Below, piece by piece: positions 18,693 through 28,489 of a stretch of 64,000 nucleotides of DNA (positions are counted from its first letter, which is position 1; each line of letters starts with the position of its first letter). The notes below the pieces were generated by a model. It ran no database searches, was not told the DNA's origin, and saw only the letters and a program-made list of their open reading frames with translations. The position numbers and the translations under genes were made by a program. This stretch comes from Myxococcota bacterium (GTDB lineage: Bacteria > Myxococcota_A > UBA9160 > UBA4427): contig JAQWRT010000052.1 of assembly GCA_029243605.1 (NCBI GenBank), positions 328-64,327 on the forward strand, read 5' to 3'.

Positions 18693-18721
18693 TGCCCAGT
18701 CGATACGCAAGCCTGCCCAGT
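18693..18721 (+). promoter_or_regulatory. phased direct repeat TGCCCAGT x2 (21 nt apart), a candidate enhancer (UAS) for the downstream sigma-54 promoter
   Basis: Identical octamers at 18693-18700 and 18714-18721. CTGAGGC is also repeated at 18723-18729 and 18750-18756. Confidence 0.3.
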
Positions 18722-18777
18722 TCTGAGGCCGCCCGCTGCTCTCCCGGTGCTGAGGCTCCGGAAGTCGCAGGCCAAGC

Positions 18778-18792
18778 TGGCACGCGCCTTGC
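18778..18792 (+). promoter_or_regulatory. sigma-54 (RpoN) -24/-12 promoter
   Basis: cTGGCACGcgccTTGCTt matches every conserved position of YTGGCACG-N4-TTGCW with the correct spacing. It is intergenic, co-oriented with the WS/DGAT gene and 45 nt upstream of its ATG. Confidence 0.7.
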
Positions 18793-18836
18793 TTTAGCTA
18801 TTCCCCGAGACCCGAGCCCCCAAGCAGAGAGGCCCC

Positions 18837-20381
18837 ATGTCAAACTACAAATTCGAGCGACTTTCAGCCCAGGACAACAGCTTCCTGCTGGCGGAAACCC
18901 CTCACGCGCCTCTCCACGTGACCGCGGTCGGAATCTACGATGCCGGTGACCTGAGCACCGGAGAGGGCGGCGTCGACTTTCGCATGATCAAGCGCTCCCT
19001 CGAGGCTCGGCTCCACAGGATTCCCCGCTACCGCCAGAAATTGATGTGGGTCCCCTTTGAGAACCGCGCGGTCTGGGTCGACGATGATCATTTCAACATC
19101 GACTACCACCTCCGCCACTCCGCCCTGCCCCATCCCGGTGGACTCGAACAGCTCAAGAACCTGACGGCCCGGATCAGTACCCAGCCCCTCGACCGCGCGC
19201 GCCCGCTCTGGGAGATGTGGATCATCGAAGGACTCTCGGAGAACCGCTTCGCCATGGTCAGCAAGATCCATCACTGCATGATCGACGGCGCCTCGGGCTC
19301 GGATGTGGCCCAGATCCTCATGTCGACGAGCCCGGAACAAGCGACCGAAGAGCCCCAACCCTTCCTTCCCCGCCCGGCTCCGAGTCGTCGAGAACTCCTC
19401 ATCGATGCCGCCATCCACCAGGTCTCCATGCCCTTGCGCGCCCTGGAGAGCCTTTCATCGTACCAACAGACCGCCCCGGACATCGCCGAGGACATCGGCG
19501 AAAAGCTGGGCGCCCTGGCAGGCCTAGCCAAGTGGGCGGTCTCGTCCTCCTCCCCGACACCGATCAATGGAGAACTCGGCCCCCATCGCCGAATCGACTG
19601 GCTCGCTCTTCCCCTGGCCGACGTCAAGACCCTCCGCAGCACCCTGAAGTGTTCGGTCAACGACGTCGTGCTCGCCACGGTAACGGGCGCGATGAGGCAC
19701 TATTTCCTTCATCGGGGCGTCGATCCGAAAGCCCTGGATTTCCGAATATCGGCCCCGGTCAACGTCCGCCAGAAGAGCGAGGAGGGAAAACTCGGGAACC
19801 GGGTCTCAACCTGGATCGTCCCCCTGCCCCTGGCCACATCGAATCCCCTGGAATGGGTCGAGCGCATCCGCTCCGAGACCGCCGAACTCAAGGAATCTCA
19901 CCAGGCCCAGGCCTTTGACATGTTGATGAGTACAGCGGAGTACTTGCCCGCGAGCCTTCTCGCCCTGGGCGCGCGGGCCGCCGAAGGTCCCATCAACATG
20001 ATCGTGACCAATGTCCAGGGCCCTCCCTTCCCCCTCTACCTGCTCGGAGCCAAACTCCTCGAAATGAACCCCATCGTCCCGCTTCTCAACGGCACCGGCC
20101 TCGGCATCGCCCTCTTCAGCTACGACGGCCGACTCCATATCGGGCTCAACGCGGACTACGAACTCGTCCCGGACTTGGGCATACTCACCGCCCTGCTCGC
20201 CCAAAGCTTTATGACCCTGGTCGACGCAGCGGACGCGCGGGAACAGCACCAACAAGCCAAAGTACCTCCGGCGAAATCCGCCACCGCCAAAAAAGCGCCC
20301 GCTCGGCCCCCAAAGCGAAAGCACTCGGGCAAGGCGCCGCTCCAGGCCGTGGCCAGGGCAAGCGGACCCGAACCCCACTAG
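18837..20381 (+). CDS. wax ester synthase / acyl-CoA:diacylglycerol acyltransferase (WS/DGAT) with a Lys/Ala/Pro-rich C-tail
   Basis: Active-site HHCMIDGASG (HHxxxDG), NDVVLA and PLYLLGA motifs. GAGAGG SD upstream. Confidence 0.9.
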   Translation: MSNYKFERLSAQDNSFLLAETPHAPLHVTAVGIYDAGDLSTGEGGVDFRMIKRSLEARLHRIPRYRQKLMWVPFENRAVWVDDDHFNIDYHLRHSALPHPGGLEQLKNLTARISTQPLDRARPLWEMWIIEGLSENRFAMVSKIHHCMIDGASGSDVAQILMSTSPEQATEEPQPFLPRPAPSRRELLIDAAIHQVSMPLRALESLSSYQQTAPDIAEDIGEKLGALAGLAKWAVSSSSPTPINGELGPHRRIDWLALPLADVKTLRSTLKCSVNDVVLATVTGAMRHYFLHRGVDPKALDFRISAPVNVRQKSEEGKLGNRVSTWIVPLPLATSNPLEWVERIRSETAELKESHQAQAFDMLMSTAEYLPASLLALGARAAEGPINMIVTNVQGPPFPLYLLGAKLLEMNPIVPLLNGTGLGIALFSYDGRLHIGLNADYELVPDLGILTALLAQSFMTLVDAADAREQHQQAKVPPAKSATAKKAPARPPKRKHSGKAPLQAVARASGPEPH

Positions 20382-20458
20382 GTCGCGGGCCAGGGATGGC
20401 CGGCGATCACCGTCGATGGCCGCTCAGGCTCACTCCGAGCGCGCTTGGACGATACCCC

Positions 20459-21109
20459 TCAGGCTTCTTCCTCGGCGTAGTCCTCTTCTTCGTAGCGGCG
20501 AACCGCATCGACGAAATCCTTCATGAGCTGGGCATCTTTCATGAAGTCGCCCCCCTCCACACCCGTGGCGACGTCGACGCCCCAGGGCAGGACCGGGCCC
20601 ACATCCGCCAGGGCGGCGGCGACATTATCGGGCTTGAGCCCACCGGCGACGATGACGTCGTAGCCGTGGGCGATCAGGTCCTCGGCCTCGCTCCAATCCC
20701 AGGCCTGGCCCTTCCCTCCCCCGTCGTGGGGGTGGTCCAGCAGCAGAATCGCGCCGGGGTAGGTCTCCGCCGCTTCTTGATCGGCTCCCCGGATTGCCTT
20801 GATGGCGGGCAGGTCGACGGCTTCGAGGTCGTCCTCTGTCTCGTCCCCGTGGAACTGAATTCGGGTCACATCGACTCGGCGGAGAACATTTTCAATTTCG
20901 TCCCAGCCCGCATTCCGAAAAAGCGCGACCCTCTCGACGTCCTCGCCGGCGACGGCCTCGCAGACCGCCTCGGCCTGTTTGAGGTCGAGAAACCGGGGCG
21001 AATCCGGCACGAAATTCAGGCCGATCAGGTCCGCGCCCGCGCCGACCGCAGCACGCGCGTCGTCCGGCGTTCTGATCCCACAGATCTTGATGCGTACGCT
21101 CCCGGTCAC
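20459..21109 (-). CDS. trpF: phosphoribosylanthranilate isomerase
   Basis: IKICGIRTPDDA start and (beta/alpha)8 length. It overlaps the trpC stop by 4 nt. Confidence 0.9.
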   Translation of the reverse strand: MTGSVRIKICGIRTPDDARAAVGAGADLIGLNFVPDSPRFLDLKQAEAVCEAVAGEDVERVALFRNAGWDEIENVLRRVDVTRIQFHGDETEDDLEAVDLPAIKAIRGADQEAAETYPGAILLLDHPHDGGGKGQAWDWSEAEDLIAHGYDVIVAGGLKPDNVAAALADVGPVLPWGVDVATGVEGGDFMKDAQLMKDFVDAVRRYEEEDYAEEEA

Positions 21110-21897
21110 TTGCGCCTCCGTAACTCGTCCAGCGCCTCGGCGACATTCGCCTCGCGCATGAGTGATTCTCCCACCAAAAACGCCTGAGCGCCCGCCTTTT
21201 CCAACCGCCCGATGTCTTCTGGCCCATGAATTCCGCTCTCGGCCACCCGGACGATATTCGGGTCCCCGGCGAGATGGCCCACCACGGCCTCGAAGACACC
21301 CAGATCTACGTGAAAACTTCTCAGATCCCGATTATTGACCCCGATCAGGGTGGCCCCGGCTCCCAGAGCCACTTCCAATTCGGCCCCATCGTGGACCTCG
21401 ACCAGAACATCGAGGCCCAGTTCCCCCGCCCGTGCGTGGAATTCGGCCAACTGCTCGGGCGAAAGAGCCGCCACGATGAGTAGAACCGCATCCGCTCCAG
21501 CCACCCGCGCCTCGTCGATTTGGTAGGCGTCGACGACAAAATCCTTACGGAGCAAGGGGAGCGAAACCACTTCTCGCACCCGGGTCAGGTACGCCAACTC
21601 GCCCCCGAAAAAGTGTTCATCCGTCAGGACCGAGAGCGCTGCCGCCCCTCCCTCCTCGTAGGCGCGTGCCAGGGAAACCGGCTCGAAATCCGCCCGGATC
21701 AGCCCTTTGCTCGGCGAGCGCCGCTTCAACTCGGCGATCACCGAAGGGGCTTCCCCCGACAGAAGGGCCGCCGAAAAGCCCCGGGTCGCATGGGTCACGG
21801 CGTTGGCCGCCGCGCGCAATTCGGCCGCGGGCAAGCGCGCCTTGGCCGCCGCGACCTCGCCCCGCTTGTGTTCGAGAATTTCGTCGAGAATCGTCAA
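21106..21897 (-). CDS. trpC: indole-3-glycerol phosphate synthase
   Basis: IAELKRRSPSKG, LRKDF and GVNNRDL motifs. Confidence 0.9.
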   Translation of the reverse strand: MTILDEILEHKRGEVAAAKARLPAAELRAAANAVTHATRGFSAALLSGEAPSVIAELKRRSPSKGLIRADFEPVSLARAYEEGGAAALSVLTDEHFFGGELAYLTRVREVVSLPLLRKDFVVDAYQIDEARVAGADAVLLIVAALSPEQLAEFHARAGELGLDVLVEVHDGAELEVALGAGATLIGVNNRDLRSFHVDLGVFEAVVGHLAGDPNIVRVAESGIHGPEDIGRLEKAGAQAFLVGESLMREANVAEALDELRRRK

Positions 21898-21901
21898 GGA
21901 C

Positions 21902-22921
21902 TCAGTCCATGCCCCGAGTGGCGTCGATCAGCGCATCGAGCTTGCCGGCGGCCGCCCCAGAATCGATGCTCTTGGCGGCCATCTCGAGCCCCTGACCGAT
22001 CCCCGTCGCCGCGCGCGCGGCCCAAAGCGCCCCGGCGGCGTTCAAACAAACGATATCTCGGCGGGGGCCGCTCGCGCCGGACAGTACAGCGCGAAGGATT
22101 TCGGCGTTTTCCGCCGCATCGCCTCCCGAAAGATCCTCGGCCGTCGCTCGGGGGACACCAAACTCAAGCGGGTCGATCTCCACCACTTCCACACCCCCCG
22201 CCTCGGCGAGAGCGGCATGGGTAGGGCCGGTGGTGGTAATTTCGTCGAGGCCATCGCTGCCGTGGACAACCAGCGCCCGATCGGCCCCAAGAATTCCCAG
22301 CGCTTCGGCCAGGGGTTCGACCAGGGCACGGGAGAAGACCCCGACAATCTGGTTCCGTGCCCCCACCGGGTTGAGCAATGGTCCGAGGCAATTGAGCAGG
22401 GTCCGCACGCCGATTTCCGAACGCACCGGACCCACGTGCCGAAAGGCCGGGTGGGCGGTCCGCGCAAAGAAGGGGGCGATCCCCACCTTCTCGAGGATGG
22501 CCGCACAGCGCTCGATGGAGAGGTCGATCCCCACACCAAGTGCTTCGAGGGTATCAAAGCTCCCGGTCTGGCTCGAAGCCGCGCGATTCCCGTGCTTGGC
22601 CACCGGCACCCCGGCCCCGGCCACCACAAATGCCGAGGTGGTCGAGATACTGAAAGTACTTTGACCACTGCCTCCGGTTCCGCAGGTATCCACCACATTC
22701 GAAAACGGAACAGTGGCCGTGGTCGCCGCCGCCCGCAAAGCCTTCGCCACGGCGACAATCTCGGTGACGGTCTCCCCCTTCATGCGCATGCCCACCAACA
22801 GCGCAGCCACTTGGGCCGGGGTGGCCTCGCCGGCCATGATTTCCGCAAAGGCCGCTTCGAGCACCTTCTCGGACACCTCTTTTTTCTCGGTCACCCGAGC
22901 GATGGCCTCTCGCACGCTCAT
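21902..22921 (-). CDS. trpD: anthranilate phosphoribosyltransferase
   Basis: [18 protein letters not shown] and [10 protein letters not shown] motifs. Confidence 0.9.
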   Translation of the reverse strand: MSVREAIARVTEKKEVSEKVLEAAFAEIMAGEATPAQVAALLVGMRMKGETVTEIVAVAKALRAAATTATVPFSNVVDTCGTGGSGQSTFSISTTSAFVVAGAGVPVAKHGNRAASSQTGSFDTLEALGVGIDLSIERCAAILEKVGIAPFFARTAHPAFRHVGPVRSEIGVRTLLNCLGPLLNPVGARNQIVGVFSRALVEPLAEALGILGADRALVVHGSDGLDEITTTGPTHAALAEAGGVEVVEIDPLEFGVPRATAEDLSGGDAAENAEILRAVLSGASGPRRDIVCLNAAGALWAARAATGIGQGLEMAAKSIDSGAAAGKLDALIDATRGMD

Positions 22922-23508
22922 GACCCCACACCCCCTGAACAGCGTCGCACAAAATTCCCGAGCAACTGCTTACCGACTTGGGTCAGGATCGATTCGGGGT
23001 GAAACTGAACACCCTCCACCGGCAGTTCACGATGGCGGACCCCCATGATCTCGCCATCCTCGGTACGCGCTGTGATTTCCAGGACATCGGGACAACTATC
23101 GGGCTCGATCACTAGGGAGTGGTAACGGGTAGCCTCGAAGGGTGCGGGCAAGCCCTCGAAAACACCGAGACCCTCATGATGCATCAAAGAGGTCTTCCCA
23201 TGCATAATGGCACGAGCCCGAACGATGCGTCCGCCATACGCCACGCCGATAGACTGATGTCCAAGGCACACGCCAAAAACGGGGGTACCCCGGGCCGCAA
23301 AACGTTCGACTACCTCAATGGAAACTCCGGCTTCTTGGGGAATCCCCGGGCCAGGGGAGATCACCACCCCATCCGGATTCCGGGCCAAGAGATCCTCGAG
23401 GGATTCGGCATCGTTCCGGACAACCTCGACCTCGGCGCCGATTTCGCCGAGGTACTGGTAGAGGTTGTACGTGAAGGAGTCGTAATTGTCGATCATCAAC
23501 AGACGCAT
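22918..23508 (-). CDS. trpG: anthranilate synthase component II (glutamine amidotransferase)
   Basis: [27 protein letters not shown] and FHPES. The ATG at 23508 shares one nt with the trpE TGA (ATGA). The upstream ORF extension to 23712 lies inside trpE. Confidence 0.9.
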   Translation of the reverse strand: MRLLMIDNYDSFTYNLYQYLGEIGAEVEVVRNDAESLEDLLARNPDGVVISPGPGIPQEAGVSIEVVERFAARGTPVFGVCLGHQSIGVAYGGRIVRARAIMHGKTSLMHHEGLGVFEGLPAPFEATRYHSLVIEPDSCPDVLEITARTEDGEIMGVRHRELPVEGVQFHPESILTQVGKQLLGNFVRRCSGGVGS

Positions 23509-24998
23509 CAGTCCAGCCCCTCTCGGGCGAGATCGATCGCCTGGAGCACGGCCTTGGCCTTGTTCATACACTCGTCGTATTCGAGTTCGGGCTGGGAATC
23601 GGCCACGATCCCCGCGCCTGCCTGGAGGGTGAGTCGACCCTGGTGGGCCACCATGGTGCGAATCGTGATGGCCATATCCATATTGCCCGAATAGTCGATA
23701 TAACCGGCGCAACCACCGAAGGGACCGCGTCGCACTGTCTCCAACTCGTCGATGATCTCCATGGCACGCACCTTCGGCGCCCCGGACAGAGTTCCGCAGG
23801 GGAATGTCGCGCGCAGCACGTCGAGCCAGTCAAAACCCTCGCGCAACCGGGCGCGGACATTTGAAACGATATGCATGACGTGGGAATAGCGCTCGACCAC
23901 GGAGTACTCATTCACTTCAACGCTGCCCACCTCGGCCACTCGCCCGACATCGTTGCGCCCCAGATCGACCAACATCAGGTGCTCGGCGCGCTCCTTGGGG
24001 TCGGCGAGCAACTCCGCTTCGAGGGCAAGATCCTCTTCCTCGGACTCTCCCCGCACGCGAGTCCCCGCGATGGGGCGCACATCGACCCGATCCTCCTCGA
24101 GCCGGACGAGGATCTCGGGCGAGGAGCCCACGAGAACAGCATCCCCTTCCATGCGAATAAAGAAGAGGTAGGGGCTCGGATTGACCGAACGCAGATGTCG
24201 ATAGATCAGGAACGCATCAGCCTGTTGGGGCATGGTGAACTGCTGGGCCAGCACCACCTGAAAAATATCGCCAGCCTCGATGTATTCCTTGGCCTTCTTC
24301 ACGATGGCGTGAAAGTGCTCTTCACTCATGCTGCGCTCGACTTCCATCCCCGCCTGAACATGGGAAGCCCGCGGTTCCCCAGGCAGTTCTGCGCGAAGCT
24401 TCCGCACCACGCTCTCGATGGCGGTCACCTCGCGCAACCGTGCCGCTTCCGGGTTCTCCCCCGGCTGCAGGTGAGCATGGCGGACGATCAGCGCGGTATG
24501 ACGAATATTGTCGTAGACGACGACCGTCTCGGGAAAGACGAACCAGAGGTCGGGCAGCCCGATCCCATCGGGATTCGTATCCGGGATATCCTCAACAAAA
24601 CGGATCCATTCGTAGCCGACCATGCCCACGGCACCGCCGACGAAACGCGGAAGATCGAGTTCCTCGGGGTGGACAGCCTCGAATTCTGCGAGCTTGGCGC
24701 GTAGAAATTCGAGAGGATCCCCAACGACATCGTGGCCTTGGGTCTCGCCGCCTTCGGTCCACTCGACTCGATGGCCTCGGGCCCGAAAGATCGCGCGCGC
24801 GCCGCACCCCACGAAGCTGTATCGGCCCCATTTTTCGCCGCCCTGAACCGACTCCAAAAGAAAGCTCGTCTGGCCATCATCGAGTCGACGAAAAATCGAC
24901 AAAGGGGTATCCAGATCCGCCATCACTTCGGCCACCACCGGGATCAGATTTCCCTGGCGGGCCAGTTCACTGAATCTTTCAGAAGAGGGGCGGAACAC
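23508..24998 (-). CDS. trpE: anthranilate synthase component I
   Basis: [18 protein letters not shown] and [15 protein letters not shown] motifs. GTG start with AGAGG 6 nt upstream. Confidence 0.9.
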   Translation of the reverse strand: MFRPSSERFSELARQGNLIPVVAEVMADLDTPLSIFRRLDDGQTSFLLESVQGGEKWGRYSFVGCGARAIFRARGHRVEWTEGGETQGHDVVGDPLEFLRAKLAEFEAVHPEELDLPRFVGGAVGMVGYEWIRFVEDIPDTNPDGIGLPDLWFVFPETVVVYDNIRHTALIVRHAHLQPGENPEAARLREVTAIESVVRKLRAELPGEPRASHVQAGMEVERSMSEEHFHAIVKKAKEYIEAGDIFQVVLAQQFTMPQQADAFLIYRHLRSVNPSPYLFFIRMEGDAVLVGSSPEILVRLEEDRVDVRPIAGTRVRGESEEEDLALEAELLADPKERAEHLMLVDLGRNDVGRVAEVGSVEVNEYSVVERYSHVMHIVSNVRARLREGFDWLDVLRATFPCGTLSGAPKVRAMEIIDELETVRRGPFGGCAGYIDYSGNMDMAITIRTMVAHQGRLTLQAGAGIVADSQPELEYDECMNKAKAVLQAIDLAREGLD

Positions 24999-25055
24999 GA
25001 TTGCCTCTGGGCCGCAGGTCTTAACCCGCGGCGAATGGGGCGAAAAAGAACAGCA

Positions 25056-25084
25056 ATTCTAAGCTTCTGGAGCAAGTCGGGCAA
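25056..25084 (-). promoter_or_regulatory. candidate sigma-70 promoter of the trp operon (TTGCCC-N17-TAGAAT)
   Basis: Minus strand: TTGCCC at 25084-25079, a 17-nt spacer, then TAGAAT at 25061-25056, about 58 nt upstream of the trpE start. Confidence 0.35.
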
Positions 25085-25124
25085 GTTCTACCCAATGTTC
25101 TCGAGGAACCCACCCGGAACTCGA

Positions 25125-25679
25125 TCAGCCCGCATCGCCCCGGGCGCGCTGCTTGGCCAGGAACCCATCCAGGGTCTCGCGTTCGATAATCCCCTCGTGG
25201 CTGTCCTGCAGGGTGCCGTCCGGGCCGATGACGAAGAGCGCCGGAAAGCCCACCGCCCCCAATTCTCGGGAGAGCGGGTCGCCCCCCACGAGGTTGGGGT
25301 ACTCAACCCCCTGCTCGTCGACCCAGGCCTGAATCGCCTCAATACCCACCTGATCCACCGAGACGCCGTAGACCACCACATCCCCAGCGTCGCGGTTCTC
25401 GCGATAAAAGGCGTTCAGCACGGGCACCTGCAAGGCGCATGGAGGGCACCAGGTCGCCCAGAAATCCAGGATCACGATCTTGCCCGTCAGGGAAGCCAAG
25501 CTGACCTGATCCGACCCATCGAGCCGGTCCAGATCAAATTCCGGGGCCGGCGCCGCCGCCTCTGCGGCCGCGCCGGGAGCCTGGGTCTCGGTCCAGCACC
25601 CCATGCAGAGGAGCAGCGCGAGGACCCCCGCGACCAGGACGCCGCGCCGGGCCCCATCCAGCCCTGGCCACGCGCTCAT
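25125..25679 (-). CDS. TlpA/ResA-family periplasmic thiol:disulfide oxidoreductase
   Basis: Signal/anchor plus the FWATWCPPC thioredoxin motif. It overlaps the ccdA stop by 4 nt. Confidence 0.8.
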   Translation of the reverse strand: MSAWPGLDGARRGVLVAGVLALLLCMGCWTETQAPGAAAEAAAPAPEFDLDRLDGSDQVSLASLTGKIVILDFWATWCPPCALQVPVLNAFYRENRDAGDVVVYGVSVDQVGIEAIQAWVDEQGVEYPNLVGGDPLSRELGAVGFPALFVIGPDGTLQDSHEGIIERETLDGFLAKQRARGDAG

Positions 25680-26449
25680 TGCAGGGCCTTCTCGGCCCGG
25701 GCCACGAAATCCGCCAGAAAACTGAACTGACTGTTGAGGCGACTGAACTGGTTGGTGGCCATCAGGCCGCCCACCACCATCAGGATCATCCCGGAAGCAA
25801 TTTCCAACCGCCTGAAATGCTTTCGCATCCGGGCGAACGCCTTAAAGAAGAACTCGATACTCCAGCCCGCGGCCAGGAACGGAATTCCAAGCCCCGCGGA
25901 ATAGATCGCCAGGAGCGCCGTCCCCTCGAGTACGGTCTCACGACTGCCCGCCATGGCGAGAACCGTGCTCAGAATCGGACCGATACACGGGGACCAGCCC
26001 ATGGCGAAGCCCCCCCCCACCAGATAGGTCGCCCAAAGACTGCGCTCCTTGACGTCGACCTGCATCCGGGTGTCGCGGTAGAGGAAGCGAATCGGCACCA
26101 GCCCGGTCATGTGCAGACCAAAGAGCACGATGAGCGCGCCGACGATCTGGATGACCCCTATCTCCAACCCGAAGGCATCCACATGCCAGGTTCGCAGGGT
26201 ATGGCCCAGGGTCACGGCACCGATGCCCATCAGGATAAAGACCGTCGAAAAGCCCGCGATGAACCCGAGGCAGGCGCGAATGACCCGACGCCTTAGATCG
26301 CTATCCCCGACCCCCTTCTCCATCTCCTCGACTGAAACCCCGGAGATAAGCGAGAGGTAGGCGGGCATCAAGGGCATGACGCACGGCGAAAAAACCGAGA
26401 TCAGGCCGGCCCCGAAGGCCAGCGGGATATTGGAAACAAATTCACTCAT
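25676..26449 (-). CDS. ccdA: cytochrome c biogenesis protein CcdA (DsbD transmembrane domain family)
   Basis: Six predicted TM helices, with SPCVMPLMPAY and WSPCIGPIL containing the two redox cysteines. Confidence 0.85.
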   Translation of the reverse strand: MSEFVSNIPLAFGAGLISVFSPCVMPLMPAYLSLISGVSVEEMEKGVGDSDLRRRVIRACLGFIAGFSTVFILMGIGAVTLGHTLRTWHVDAFGLEIGVIQIVGALIVLFGLHMTGLVPIRFLYRDTRMQVDVKERSLWATYLVGGGFAMGWSPCIGPILSTVLAMAGSRETVLEGTALLAIYSAGLGIPFLAAGWSIEFFFKAFARMRKHFRRLEIASGMILMVVGGLMATNQFSRLNSQFSFLADFVARAEKALQ

Positions 26450-26523
26450 AGGTCCCGGTCCGAGTCTCGCCCCTCACTCGACAAGCTGCAAACGAGACTC
26501 TCCGGCGCTGAGTCCGAAGCGCC

Positions 26524-26988
26524 CTACCAGCCGTAGACGCTCTCTCCGCTATCCGGCGGTGCGGCTACGTCCACACTATCCGTATCCCGCGCCGCTCGGT
26601 AAACCGGGGAGCGGCCGATAAACTCGATCTCGGTCTCTCCCCGAAGCGCGGCCGGGGTGACGACATACGTGCCTCGTACCGCCCGGGTAAGGATCGTGGT
26701 CGCGACCTCGGAGTCCCCGGCCGAGAAGATCCAGGCGCACCCCGCCACCACCGAGCCGCCCAGGGAATAAACTATCTTGACCGGGCCATAGACCAAGCTC
26801 GTCAGAGCGGCGGCAACCCCGATGCCCCCCTCGTTGGCCGCCTCACCCACCTCGGCCGCGTCGGCCCGGGGCGCCCCAGCCAAAAGAACCCCCATGGCCA
26901 GAAGCCCGGTCAACAGGCTTCTCCAGATCACCGTGCGCCGGCGCAAAGTACTTCCCGAGACGCACCTCTCCGAAGTCGAAAATCGCAT
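26524..26988 (-). CDS. hypothetical secreted/membrane protein (signal peptide, Gly-rich hydrophobic core)
   Basis: GGAGG SD 5 nt upstream of the ATG, signal peptide LLAMGVLLAGAPRADA|AE, and no recognisable family. Confidence 0.5.
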   Translation of the reverse strand: MRFSTSERCVSGSTLRRRTVIWRSLLTGLLAMGVLLAGAPRADAAEVGEAANEGGIGVAAALTSLVYGPVKIVYSLGGSVVAGCAWIFSAGDSEVATTILTRAVRGTYVVTPAALRGETEIEFIGRSPVYRAARDTDSVDVAAPPDSGESVYGW

Positions 26989-27109
26989 AGAACCTCCCCC
27001 AAAGGCGGATCAACCGCCATGCTTCCCCCAATGGCCCGAGTTTCCCTCTTTGCTGCGCAAGAGGCAAGGCCGCCCTCTCCCGAACGCCATTTTTTCGCGG
27101 GGGAGTCGG

Positions 27110-27559
27110 TTAGAAGGCGTCGCGAGTATCGAGGAGCAGGGTCACCGGGCCCTCGTTGACCAGAGCGACCCGCATCTCTGCCTGAAAACGACCGGTGACC
27201 ACCTCGCATCCCAGGCGGCGGGCCTCGTCGACCACCCGTTCCACCAGGGGCTCCGCCCGCTCGGGGTCGGCGGCCGCGCCGAAGAAAGGGCGCCTCCCCT
27301 TGCGGCAATCCCCCAGCAGGGTGAACTGCGAAACCACGGCCAGGCTGCCGCCCATCTCCAGAAGCGAGTGATTCATCCGCCCCTGGGCATCGCCAAAAAT
27401 CCGCATTCCGACAACTTTGCGTGCCAGCTTGACGGCATCTTCCTCGCTGTCGTCCTGCCCCACAGCCACCAGAACCAGCAGTCCCGCTTCCATCTCGGCC
27501 ACGCGCTCTCCGGCCACCTCCACCGAGGCCTCACTCACCCTCTGCACCACCGCCCGCAT
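27110..27559 (-). CDS. dtd: D-aminoacyl-tRNA deacylase
   Basis: MRAVVQRV start, the SQFTL motif and ~149 aa from the ATG at 27559. The ORF extends to 27679. Confidence 0.9.
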   Translation of the reverse strand: MRAVVQRVSEASVEVAGERVAEMEAGLLVLVAVGQDDSEEDAVKLARKVVGMRIFGDAQGRMNHSLLEMGGSLAVVSQFTLLGDCRKGRRPFFGAAADPERAEPLVERVVDEARRLGCEVVTGRFQAEMRVALVNEGPVTLLLDTRDAF

Positions 27560-27678
27560 AGTCCGCCCTACCCCCTCCAGGCCCAGACCGCCCCACGCTC
27601 GAGGGACCCATCCTCCCCAAGCTTCCCCGAACCCAACGTCGGCGGATAGCGGCGGGGAGCCATGATACCCTAGAGCCA

Positions 27679-28482
27679 ATGACCCATCCCTACTTTGATC
27701 GCCCCACCCCCGTCATCCTCGGACATCGCGGCGCCGCCGGGGTCGCTCCCGAGAATACTTTGGTCGCCTTCGAACGCGGGCTCGCAGACGGAGCCCACAT
27801 CATCGAAAGCGATATCCATGTGACCCGGGACGGCGTTCCCGTCTTGATCCACGACCCCGATCTGGACCGAACCACCAGTGGCAGCGGCCCGGTGCTCGAG
27901 CAGACCTTCGCCGACCTTCAGACGTTGGACGCGGGATGCTCTTTCCGCCTGGACCACGGCGAGGAGGCTCCCTACGCCGGTCAGGGAATCCGGGTGCCGA
28001 GCGTGCGCGAGGCCTTCGAGAGTTTTCCCGATGCGCCCTTCAACTTCGAGATCAAGACAAAGGCGCGGGATGTCATCGACTCGGTCCTCACCCTGATCCA
28101 AGAATTCGATCGCGAGGAGCGAACCCTCCTGGTCGCCGGGGAAGACCCCATCCAGGCCTCTCTTCGCCAAGCCCTGGCCGAATCCGGGATCCGTCCCGCC
28201 TTGGGGGCGAGCCTCGGTGATATCGTCGATATCGTCCGGGGCGCGAGCGAAGGCCAAGCCCATTCAAGCGACAGCATGGCCATCCAGATCCCCCTGCATT
28301 TCGGCGAGAACCGACTGGTCACGCCCGACTTGATTGCTCACTGCCGGGCCTATGGCGTTCAGATCCACGTGTGGACCATCAACGACCCGGGGGTGATGAG
28401 CGAACTTCTGGACCAGGGCATCGACGGCATCGTCACAGACCGACCGGATATCATGGCCGGCCTGGTTGCCGCCAGGAGTTGA
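27679..28482 (+). CDS. glycerophosphodiester phosphodiesterase
   Basis: ILGHRGAAGVAPENTLVAF and HVWTIND motifs of the GDPD family. Confidence 0.85.
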   Translation: MTHPYFDRPTPVILGHRGAAGVAPENTLVAFERGLADGAHIIESDIHVTRDGVPVLIHDPDLDRTTSGSGPVLEQTFADLQTLDAGCSFRLDHGEEAPYAGQGIRVPSVREAFESFPDAPFNFEIKTKARDVIDSVLTLIQEFDREERTLLVAGEDPIQASLRQALAESGIRPALGASLGDIVDIVRGASEGQAHSSDSMAIQIPLHFGENRLVTPDLIAHCRAYGVQIHVWTINDPGVMSELLDQGIDGIVTDRPDIMAGLVAARS

Positions 28483-28489
28483 AGCCCCG

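Noticed and set aside
24999-25124. Search for a trp leader peptide or attenuator upstream of trpE.
   Set aside because: There is no small ORF with tandem Trp codons and no alternative terminator/antiterminator hairpins. Only a promoter-like element was found.
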